From: Camelus ferus
Taxonomy: Eukaryota
Length of the DNA: 64,000 bases
Direction of reading: 5' to 3'
Assembly: GCF_009834535.1 (NCBI RefSeq)
Contig: NC_045696.1
Span: 50,966,001 to 51,030,000 of the forward strand
Below the pieces are notes generated by a model. That model was not told the DNA's origin. It did not search any database and worked only from the letters and a program-made list of their open reading frames with translations. The position numbers and the translations under genes are program-made. This document shows, piece after piece, positions 23,901 to 35,900 of this stretch (the stretch's first letter is position 1; every line of letters starts with the position of its first letter).

Positions 23901-26900
23901 TGTTTGTAGATTTCAAAACCAAAGGACCAATCAGACCCTTCCCTGGATGGAGCTGTTACTGAACCAGCCTTTCAGCAAACAGCAGGGTCCAGGAGGGATG
24001 AGACAAGCCGTGCTGAGTGTAGGGCAGCTGGGAGCACAGGCTGTCTCAGTCTCTCTGGCAACCGGTCTCAGATGCCAGTCCTAACTCTCCCCTCGGCTCT
24101 ACCCAATTTTACATGACTTTCCTTGCCCAGTTTTTAATTCGAGAGGATTTTTCCTTTTACATCCTTCTGCAAAGCCTAGTGGTTTCCTTCATTTTCTCCT
24201 CAACTTTTGAAGCAAAACATGAAACTAGTCGGAATAGGTAGCCAACTGGTGTAAAAATGAAATCTCCTGGCAGCCTGTTCACGTCATTTCTGACTCCCTC
24301 CTCGGCTTCCAGCCTCCTGAGTCCAGAGATAGAGGAGAGCAGGACAATTATAAATAGAAATTCTGTCCCTGAAAGAGCCAAGCATGCTCAAAATGAAACG
24401 AAGTTTCCCTCCTCACATAGAGCATTTAACACAGAAGGCAAGCAAGCAAACATACCCTCTTCTAAGTTAGTAAAGTAGGCAGATGGCAGAGAGCTCAGAG
24501 AAAAACATTCCAGAACAAGTTTCCTCATTAAGATGAGCTCATTCACAACCTTACACATTTGCTTATTCCCAGCCAGAACGTCTTGGTCTGTCCTATAAAC
24601 TGATACTTTGTGCTTCATTCTGCTTTCTAAATACCCTAGAGTTAACTAGAAATACGGCTTGCGTTCCTGGAGCATCGATCACACTTGAAGTTTGGGAGAC
24701 TGTGCTTTGGGTTTTGCATTCTAAGAAGGCCTTAGACATTAGAAAAGTTAACAGTGTACCGTTATCCTGTGTCGGCCAATCTCCTAGTTAACTGTACATA
24801 TGAAAGTGCGCAGATGTAAAACACTTTTATGTGCTGGCAGTTGTACTGCACGTGAACATCTTGACGCTCTTGTCCACCGCAGAACCACTGGTGCTGCGGC
24901 TGCCTCAGGGGGAAAGGGACTAGCGACTACATCAAAACCAGGTCAGGCTGGATCGCGAGCCAGAGCAGAGTGCAGAAATCAGCAGTCCATCCAAGTCTGA
25001 GCAACAGCTGGCTTTTCCCTTTTAGTGAAGTTGTCGCCTAACAAAACAATGATTGTTTTTGTTTGCTCGCTTGCTTTGATTTTATTTTTTGTAGGTTTTT
25101 TTTTTCCCTCTTTTGATTACACACACAAAAAAACTGCCTCCCACAAGCCGTTTCAACCCCCTGCTACTGCGTAACACAGGCATTCTCCTTGCTTGCTTCT
25201 ATGCCCTGTACCAGAGGGCTTCCCTGGAACACCAAAATGGCAAAAAGTCTGGATTTTATGCTTTTGTATCCTTCTTCACTTACTCTTTACATATTTAATA
25301 TTTTTAAAAATTACATCTTAAACAAAGGATGTAAGCTTGTGGTTTAAAGTAGGGAACTTAGGCTGGAAAAGAGAAAAATGTGAAAGATACTGAGGGAAAT
25401 AGGAAAGCTATGTCACCTGGGGCTGAGATGCTAGCATGACCCAATAAGGAGTCATAAACAAGCAGCAGCAGCAGCCAATCTAAAAAGCAAACGTCGCACT
25501 TAGATACTTCTTTAAAATATGAGTTTACTCTGGTGGAGATACAAATGAGCCTCTATCTCCTTGTGTCTTGCAAAACGAGCACTTCATGAAAGTAACACTC
25601 TTACTGCGAGTCATTCCGATGTTGAAGGAAAATCCTTTTAAATTTTTTTTCAATTAAGAAAAGTTTTTTTATCATCCTATAATTGTTTATTAATGATTCC
25701 ATAATTAATGCAGTTTTTAATACATATATATTTTTTCAGATTCTTTTCCATTACAGCTCATTATAAGAAATTGGATCTAGTTCCCTGTGCTATACAGTAG
25801 GTCCTTCTTGTTTATCTGTTTTATATATAGTAATGTGTATCTGCTAATCCCAAACTCCTAATCCATCCACACCCCTTCTATTCCCCCCCACAGTTTGTTT
25901 TCTATGTCCAGGAGTCTATTTATGGTTTTTAAATAATGGGTTTTTTTTGGTTCCACATATAAGCAACATCATATGATATTTGTATTTCTCTTTCTGGCTT
26001 ACTTCATTCAGAATGACAATTTCCGAGTCCATCTATATTGCTGCAAATGGCATTATTTTGTTCTTTTTTATGGCTGAGTGGTATTCCATTGTATAAAGAA
26101 ATAACTTCTTTATCCAGTCATCTGTCGATGGACATTTAGGTTGTTTCTATGTAAGACAGTAAGTTTTAACTGCGACCTATACAATGACCACTACCATCCA
26201 CCCACTATCGAGGAACTCTGGGCAAATTACTTGACCTATCAGTGCCTCCCTTTTGTTATCTTTAAAATGGTGATAATAAGAGTACCCACCTCAGAGGGTT
26301 GTTGAAAAATAAAAAGAATAAATTCTTGTGAGGAACTTAAAAGAGAGTCTGACACACAGTAAGTTTTCCATAAACATTAGCCAGCAGTACCGACAGTAGT
26401 AGTGATAGTAGTAGTGACGGCAGCAGTGACAGTGGCAGTGTCGGTAGTAGTGACGGTAGCAGTGACGGTAGCAGTGACGGTAGCAGTGATAGTAGTAGTG
26501 ACAGCAGTAGTGATAGCAGTAGTGATAGTAGTAGTGACAGTAGCAGTGATAGTAGTAATGACAGCAGTAGTGACAGTAGTAGTGACAGCAGTAGTGACAG
26601 TAGTGACAGCAGTACTGACAGTAGTAGTGACAGCAGTAGTGACAGCAGTAGTGATAGTAGTGACAGCAGTAGTGACAGTAGTAGTGATAGTAGCAGCAGC
26701 AGCAGCAGCCCCTGCGGCAGTGGCGATAGTAACAGAGGCATTAGTCGTAGCAGCAGTACTAGTGGTGGTGGTAATACTAGTAGTACTAGTTATAGTCAAT
26801 AGTGGCAGCAGCAAAACTCTATGCTGTAACTATGGCCAAATCTGTCCTAGGCCAAAAAAAAGCCAGTCAGACTGTACCTGGTATCTTCCTGTCACTCTGT

Positions 26901-29900
26901 TACTGTGCTCAAAAGACTGAAACTCTCATACTTAAGAGTCTGAAAGTAACCTGTCTCTGTGTCTTGAAGTTGGATGAAAAGCGCAGATGGTGTTGGTACC
27001 ATGCCGCATATTTATGGGTGAGCCCAGGAAAGCCAAGGAACATCTACTTTCTCTAAATAATAAGAATGGTATCAAGGAGTTTCCAAGCCTAGGAACCATG
27101 CCAGGGAGTCTGCATTGTGAGAGCCCTGGGAACAGCTTTGCCTGCCAGGAACGCTGCATTAGCCAAAGGCCTTGCTGTCCAGCTGAGCCAACACCTGGCT
27201 AAGCAACCAAGAGAGGGAAGGAAATTGAGTCTCCGAGGCCAGTGATGTGTCTCTCATCACCTGGCTAAATGTTTTGAACTTAGGATTTAATTATTTTCCT
27301 TCGAGGAGGAAATGAATAGGCACACAGAGTAAAAAACATGATAAAGCCTACAGACTCGCTCACAAAACTGGGAATGTGTTTTTTACTGCCCACCGGTGGA
27401 AGTGAAGTTTGAAATCTGGATGAAGAGAGATGACTGACAAACAACAAATTGTTTGAGGCTCTTGGTTCTTTCACAAGCTTTGCACACTGTGGCATTAATG
27501 TAAACTATAGCAAACTATGTTTTCAATGAAGAAATGGAAATATATTTACAGTGAGGATATTATAGAATATCTTCAGTTATGCGTCTTCACTGAAAATGGT
27601 TTTCTCTGCAACAGTATGTGAAGCTGACCAGTTAACTCACAGATGTCTTTGCCGGAGGTGTGATACAAGCAATCTGACCTCCCAGAAAGAAGATACTTTA
27701 CTGAAATTCCCAGCAGCCTGACAATATCCCAGATCCTTGACAAAGCTCAGGAGGCAGCATCCTAGAGATTATCACACTAAGTGAAGTAAGTCAGACAGAT
27801 AAAGACAAATGTTATGGTATCGCTTATATGTGGAATCTAAAAAAATAATACAAATTGATCTATATACAAAACAGAAACAGATTCACAGATGTAGAAAACA
27901 GACTTATGGTTACCAAAGGGGAAAGGGGAGGAAGAGGGATAAATTAGGAGTTTGGGATTAACAGATACAAACTACTATACTTAAAATAGATAAGCAACAA
28001 GGACCTACTGTATAGCACAGGGAACTATATTCACTATCTTGTAATAACCTATAATGGAAAATAATCAGAAAATATCATATAACTGAATCAGTTTGCTATA
28101 CACCTGAAACTAACACAATATTGTAAATCAACTATATTTCAATTAAAAAAAAAATTGGTGGCAGCAGAGAAACGTTCTCAGGCATGTTCACAGATGACTG
28201 TGGCCCCTGGAGATGAGTCAGAGAAACTGCCTTGATGCCTGCTTCCTTGTGGTTTCTGCTCTTTGTCCAGCCCTGCCTAATTCTCAGAAATGGATATGCT
28301 CGGTGGGATAGCATCTTTCCAAATAACCAGTGAGGTTGGGAGGTGTTTTTCTCAGCTGCTTGTGGTGGGGCGGCCCCAGATGACACCCCCAGCCTCTCAG
28401 AGGAATGAGTTCACTCTCCCTGCTACGAGGAGTACTTTATTGGAAAACTCTGAGGAGCATCATCTTAGGGACTGTTTTTCTCTCACTGCCAGCAACCATT
28501 TGGCAACAGATACGTCTATTCTACCTCTGAAATATCCCGAAATAACCCATATTCCTGTACATCCCTAGTTCATGTTGTCATTATATTTTGCTCCAAGGAG
28601 TGCAGATTTCCTTCCTATCGGGACTTACCCTGCCTATAGTTAGGGTACTGCTAATGGCTGTGACAAGTAAACTTCTGATTACAGTGCCTTAACAGCAGAA
28701 CATCACAGGTGTTTCTGTTCAGTGGTGGCCTTCCTCCAGCAATTCCGGGACCCATGCTCCTTCGTTCTTGTGATTCTGCAGTAGTGTCAGGAGGGAATCA
28801 GCAATTTTTTTTTTTTTTTGTAAAGTGCCAAATAGTGAACATTTTAGGTTCTGTGGGCCCTACAGTCTCTGTTGCAATGGATCAATGCCGCCATTGTAGC
28901 CAAAAGCAGCTACAGACATATTCAAATGAGCGTGGCTGTGTTTCAGTAGAACTTTCTATATGAATACAGAAATTTCCATTTTTACCTCTCATGAAATATT
29001 ATTTTTCTTTTGATTTTTCCTCCAACTGTTCAAAAAAATTTTAAATCGTTTTTAGTTCAAGGGCCATACCAAGACAGGTGGAAAGAAAGATTTGGCCTGC
29101 AGACCTTAGAATTGGCCTGTGGACTCCTATATTAGAGTGAAAAGAAAATCAAATTTAAAATCATATGGCCTGATGATTCAAACTACTTAGAATGGTGTTC
29201 TTTCATTTTAGCAGCTGGACATAAAGTGTTCGCCTCTCTGCTTTTCTTCTCAACAGGCTCTGGAAATATGTCGGCGTCACATCCCATTGCTGCCAGCACC
29301 CCTGAAGGAAGCAATTATGGGGCAATAGGTATTTCTGACAAGAGTCCATTCAGGGAAGTGTTTCCTGGTTCTCCAGAGAACAGGATACAAAGGGCCCTCC
29401 AGCCACTGATAAACTGGGAGAGTGGGCAAGGCATTCATTGTATGAGATTGTGTTTTATTTATGAGATGAATTGGCTGGATGATCTGGAAGGTTCCTTCCA
29501 GCTCTTAACTTTCTCCAGTCCTACTGTTCTGTTTCTCCAGTCTGCTTAGCCCCACTTGAGCAGAATTTTCTCCACTAGTTGCCATCAACTCCTGTGGGGA
29601 CTTTTTTCATGCCCAGCCTGAGTTTAGGGCATGAGAGATGTGTCAGAGTCTGACATCAGGGAGCCCAACACCAATTGACCAGCTGTTTCATTCTCAGGTT
29701 GCAGTGGAGTAAGGGCGATCAGAAGACTGAGGCTGTGTGTGCTGCAGGTGAACCTGGCTGAAGCCTAGCAATCTTGCATTTTGGCTAACTCCATAACTAA
29801 ACCTGCTCAGTGCCACCCAGTCATTCACATGGCAGCCCCTGGACTCATTCAGTGGCCTGGAAGGGACAGAATTCTGATCCCTGTCTCCTTAGCGTTGGAG

Positions 29901-32900
29901 TGCATTGATGCTTCCATGCACTTCCATGACGTTTGGGGGCTGATGAATGGTGTGCCTTAAACTGTCAGTGTAGAGGGGCTGGGAATCCTGTATTCCTGCC
30001 CTGTCATTCTGTAACTTCAAGAAGCATGTGGGCTCAGTGCTGGAGACTTATTTCTGGCTCTGCGAGCACAGGGTTTTTTTTTTTAATCACTGAGCAGAAG
30101 GAATAAAGTGGAAGGTAGGCTCGGCTCATGTGCTCATTAAGCTGCACAAATTCCCATCTGCTCCGGGAAACATTCACAGGAACACAAGGATTCTTCTTCC
30201 TGAGAATGTTGTTTTCATTATATAATTATAGATACAGCATGTGGGGGAATTTCTGTGTATAAATACTTGAGCCACGAGACATGTATAGCTGCTGGATATG
30301 TGCGTGCTTACACATATATATGATAGATGCTATACATAAGGATGTGCATGTGTCTGTTTATATATTTATGCTCATATTTTAAAATATGAAACATGATATA
30401 TAAGCATATTTTTGCATCTAGATAGTTAACAGAGCAGATGCCTTTATATTATGTATTCAGCCCTAGAAATAGACCATTTAAATGTAAAAATAGGAGAAGG
30501 GGAAGATTAGAAGTCCATTGAGGAGGAATGGAGAGAAAGAACAGGTGTTGTGGGTAAGGAATCGGTTTGACCGACACGACATTTTCAAGAATGAGCTAGT
30601 CCTGTGCTTTTTGCCAAGAGAAGTGAGCTCCATGGGTTCTTCTGGGCTGGGGAAAGCAGATGAGGCTTCTCCGTTTCAGATGAGTCCAGCTCCAGTCCGG
30701 GCAGGCAGGCATCCTCCTCCGACGGCGGGCAGCCGTGCCAGTCGGACTCCGACAGCTCCGTGGAGGAGAGTGACTTCGACACCATGCCAGACATTGAGAG
30801 TGACAAGAACATCATCCGGACCAAGGTACCTCTGCCTGGCCAGGCGCCGAGACAACAGGAACTTCGGGAATCGATACAACCTCAGCAATGCCCCAGTTTC
30901 CTTTAGTAGCTTTTTTAATTCGGGAAGTCAGATTTCCCAGGGGGCTTTTAATTTTTTTTATTTTAAATTTAATTTAATTTTACTTTTTTTTTTTTTAACA
31001 AGAAATTGAATACAGTTCCCTGTGCTATAGGTCCTGGTTGTTTTACCCAGGGGGCATTTTAGGTGAAACTTAACCACATACTAAAAGCACTGCTCAGTTA
31101 ATGAACTCTTCTTCTGGAGGGAGGGAGTGAGAGAAGTAAAAAGAACAGCATTAAAATGCTCTCAGGGTCTGAAGTGGCTGATTGTGGACAAAAAAAAGGA
31201 GGAAGGGATCCAACCAGATGGAAAAAAAGGTTCATTTGCAGACTACACCTTGAAAAACTTCCCAGTTCTGTACATAAAATCTTTTAGGAGTAAAGCTCAT
31301 TTTTTTCCAGCTTGTATTTATGATAGTGTTGTATCCAGTAAGGGCTATGAAGGTGAACTGCACAGTTTCAACCCTGTAATTCCAGGACCACACAGTCGAT
31401 ATCACTGAAAACTGGGAAATAAATTCTTGAGATTTAAGAAACATTAGGTTTCCCACATCAGCCAATCCTTAATATTCTAAGGAAATCTTAGGATTTTTAA
31501 AGGTATCGTGGGAAAAGCACAATTAAACGTCTTGTTAAAGAACTTAATCCCTAAGGAGGTGCTGAATTGAAATGTGTAAAGTTCTCCTTTGTATTTTATG
31601 CAAGAAATCCAAGTACAGTTTTGCATTCTCTTTTTATTTGGCATCCCAGACGTTTCTTTACCTGTCAGATCTGTCCAGGAAGGACCGGAGAATTATCAGC
31701 AAGAAATATAAGATTTATTTTTGGTGAGTAGATGACCAGGAGAGCTATGGCTCTCTTTAGTAAAATTAAAGTTTTCTTTGTAAAAGCCACACTCACTTAT
31801 GTGTTTAATGAGGTACAGGTATAGGCATTTAAAGGATTCATGACACATTCCATAGGAAAATGGAGATAAACCACCAAAGGCAACAGCCCTAAATTAAATA
31901 AATACAAAGCATAAAGAAGAGTGGTAGTGGAACCCCATATGTTCAGGGAGCACACTAAATCGTCTTCCAGAAAGATGTCCTGAAGATAACATTAATGTCA
32001 CCATGTTCGATGAGGCATGTTAAACTGGAGCTATTCCCTCATCTCCTCACCAGGACTTGCTTTGGGGAGAGCCAGTGATTTCAGGGACAAGATGCCTCGA
32101 GCACCTCAGGGTAGCTGGACGCTACCCTGGGAGAGATGATGCCACCAGCCAATGATAAATGGACCTTTGGTAGTCACACACACACAGATGCAGCCTCCCT
32201 CCAAGAGGAGAGTCTGAAGTGCCTGATAGGGTCCCCTCCTTCCCCTCAGAAACCCCAGGCTGACACTTGTGATAGCCCTTCCCATTCTTTTCTCTGGGAG
32301 GAGGCCCTTTCTTGTGGATACAGAGAAGAGGGAAACAAGAGGCAGTAGGGGCGACACGAATTCCATAGTGGGACCATCATTTAGGAACTAAGAGATGTAT
32401 CTTAAGAGAGCCACATCCCCTTGGTGTGATCCATCACCCATCCCCTACTCTCTGATCATTTTAAACTAATAATATCCTAGAGAGATAGGACCTCATTAAT
32501 AATTTGGTTAAACCAGAAGCAAGTATTATTTACATTGTTTTGAAAATGATTGTATGAGAGGAAGACTGGAGAAGGAGGAACTGCATAACCAGTTTCTAAC
32601 TATTTTTGTGAGTTAACGAGGGAGTTATGGGGTAGGAGAAATTGTCTTTTGAAAAAGCAAAGATTCCGTTGTTAACTGAAAATAACCATTTCTGGTTCTC
32701 TCTGCCTGCCTAGGAACATCATTACCATCGCTGTGTTTTATGCACTGCCCGTGATCCAGCTAGTCATCACCTACCAGACAGTAAGTGCTGCCCAAACCAG
32801 GAGCCCCAGCTTTCATACTGCAGGGAGAGATCTTTGCTGTGACTTACACAGGAAGGTATAACCTGAGCCCTGTCCGAGAATGAATTCCCCACTTGGGTTC

Positions 32901-35900
32901 CCGTTGGATTTCCCCATAGCTTTGTCTTTGACTGACCTTTAAATCTAGCTCCCGACTGTTTAATCACAGAGGAACCTGGGGCCTCTTGCATTATTCTGTC
33001 TACCAATCTGAAATGATTACCTTGCACTCATTTACTCTTGGTATCTATCAACTATGTCTATTTTTTACCAGTCTGAACTTTTGGTCAACATGGGATGATG
33101 AGTAAATAAAGTTCCAGACAAAAGCAAAGAAACCTGATGTCTCATGTAGCCTGTGCTCTGTCATTGAGGGTAAATATTTTTTTGTAAAAGTAAAAACAGC
33201 TTCACAGAACTAATAAAATATTAAAAGAAAATATACAATAAACACTAAAATAGAGAAAAAAACCAAATAAACACAAATAATAGTTCAAACAGCTCTAGAA
33301 TCCCACTGCACCTTCATAGAACCCTAGGGTCCAGGTTGCTTAAGTAGCCTTCAGTGGGATCTGTTATACATGAAAAAGCCCACTTAGAATAACACAAGGC
33401 TAAAGGTGTTTCTAATGCAATGGCTCTCAAACTTTGCTGTGCGTTAAAATCATCTGAGGAACTTTTTAAAAGCCCAGTGTCCAAGCTGTACCCCACACAG
33501 ATGAGATCAGTCTCTGACAGGGGAGTCAGGCATCAGTACTGATTAAGCTCCCAGTGATTCCAGTGGACAGCCAAGTCTGAGAGCCAACAGTCTCACAATA
33601 TTTCCCCAATTCCTTAACACCTGATGAGGACAAGGACTTTATGAAGTTTGAGCACCACAGTTTATAATCCAAATATTCCCTCAATACTTTGGGGCTCTAT
33701 CAGAAGATACAGCTGTGATGTGGTCTGAGAGGGTTCTTTTTTATTTTTAAAATTTAAATTTTATTTATTTACTTTTTTTTAGTGGAGGTACTAAGGATTG
33801 AACCGAGGACTTTGTGCATGCTACGTACGCACTCTACCACTGAGCTATTCCCCTCTCACCTCCCACCCCCGGAAGGTTCTCAATGATAGAGATAGTGATA
33901 AATATGGAAAACTGACCACACCCCTCCTCGTGTCTACCCGCCCTGTGGTTATCATTTCCATGCAGAGGATGGGATACTCCTTACCCTCCCAGGATTCGAC
34001 AAGAAAATAGGATGTACCCTGACAGTCCTAATAAGCAGGTCCCAATGTTAGCATCCTTTCAAAGTCCTTTTATAATGACAATAAAGGAATCATACTCAGC
34101 TGAATTCTACCCTGAAGCCACATAATGAGGGACATAGACTATTTCAATTCAAAGCAAGATGGTAGCATTTAAAGGAAATGTGTCTGTTCCACGTAGAGGT
34201 GGAAGGTAACAGCCCATCTCCTGCTGAGAAGGAGCACTGGTTACACTGTAAATCACTGACAGGTTATCACGGTGAGCACTGTCTGCTTTTTGTGATTTCA
34301 GGCTCAGGGGACGGACAAACACTGCATTGCCTCTTCTCACTCTTGGTTTTACAGGTGGTAAATATCACTGGCAACCAGGACATCTGCTACTACAACTTCC
34401 TCTGTGCTCACCCCTTGGGCGTCCTGAGGTGAGCCCAGTCCTCTGGTTGCCGTGAGGCAGTGAGAGATGCCTTTCTGTGTAAAGTGGTGGCTTCTGTTTT
34501 TAAAAACACTAGAAGCCCTTGTGGAAAACCCCCAATCAAGAGACTAGAGGAACGAAACCAGGAAGTTGAGACCAGGTTTCGGGGCCTCAGGAAACATTCC
34601 TAAGAATGATCTGCTGAGGAGAAGGCAGGGATGTTTTTGAAAATATATCGGGTCCGTAGATGTGATAATCCATGTCCATGGGCATGAGCTGCCAGTCCCT
34701 TCAATCCATTAAACAACCTTATGAGGCAGATAGGATGATTATTACCCCCATTTTAGGTGAAGATGTTAAGGCTTAATTAGAAAGGTAGGGACTTGCTGAA
34801 GGTCCCTCAACTGTTAGTGGCATTAGGACTCACCCCTGGGCTGCTGCTTCCAAGGCCAGAGCCAATGGAACACGGTTAAGTAGGAAAGGCATTTGCCCGG
34901 GAGTTGGGAGCCTGGCTTCTTGTTCCAGACCTGAACTAGCCTTGGTTTCCTGAAATAAATCTGCTGGTTGTGACCACCAGATGTTCATCCTGAAATTCAC
35001 AATTACAGAGCTCAGCACTGACACATCACATGCATCCTTCGATGTGAATTCACTCTCACAGTGCAGCTGAAACACTCAGCCAAACTGCTGGTCTTTGGGG
35101 CGACTCTCTTTCCAAGGAGTCGTTCCATGCCAGGGCCACCAGGACACGAGAGGACTGGGTGGGTGTTAGGGAAGCCCAGAGGGTGTTATTGGACTCATTA
35201 TCACAGGCGAAGCCTCCCAACATGAAGGAGTTAGGTTAAAGATGATCTCTGATGATTTTCAGTCCTGAAATCTTATGAAAAGATTATCAGTGGAAAACAC
35301 AGAATGCTGAGTTCACTCTCTCGTTCATGCCTCCGTTCAGTCTCTGAGTCTCTCTGATGCCTTGACTCTCTCGTGTTCTCTCTCATCACTTTAGTGCCTT
35401 CAACAACATCCTCAGCAACCTGGGCCACGTGCTCCTGGGCTTGCTCTTCCTGCTGATAGTCTTGCGCCAGGACATTCTCCATCGAAGAGCCTTGGAAGCC
35501 AAGGACATCTTCGCCATGGTGAGGAGAGGGTCGGTGGAGGTGGCAGCCAGGGAGGGTTATGGTTCCAAACAGGATCTGTGGAGGGCAGGGACATCTGGCC
35601 AGATGGTGTGACGATGGATCATGTGTAACGAACCACACAAGGCCAGAGCACGGGCTTCCTGGTTCTGTGGCCAGGTCGCTAATGAGTATCTTTCCACTGA
35701 CCATGCTTCCCCTTTTTCAGGAGTATGGGATTCCCAAACACTTTGGTCTCTTCTATGCTATGGGGATCGCACTGATGACGGAAGGAGTGCTCAGTGCTTG
35801 TTACCACGTCTGCCCTAATTACTCCAACTTCCAATTCGGTAATTAGAATTTATATCAACTACACAGACTTGAGTAAGTGTCGTATCCTGGAACTGTCTCA

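Noticed and set aside
26337..26920. 134-172 aa ORFs on both strands (poly-Leu/Ser, Thr-rich, Val-rich)
   Set aside because: By-products of the triplet-phased microsatellite; no splice, promoter or homology support.
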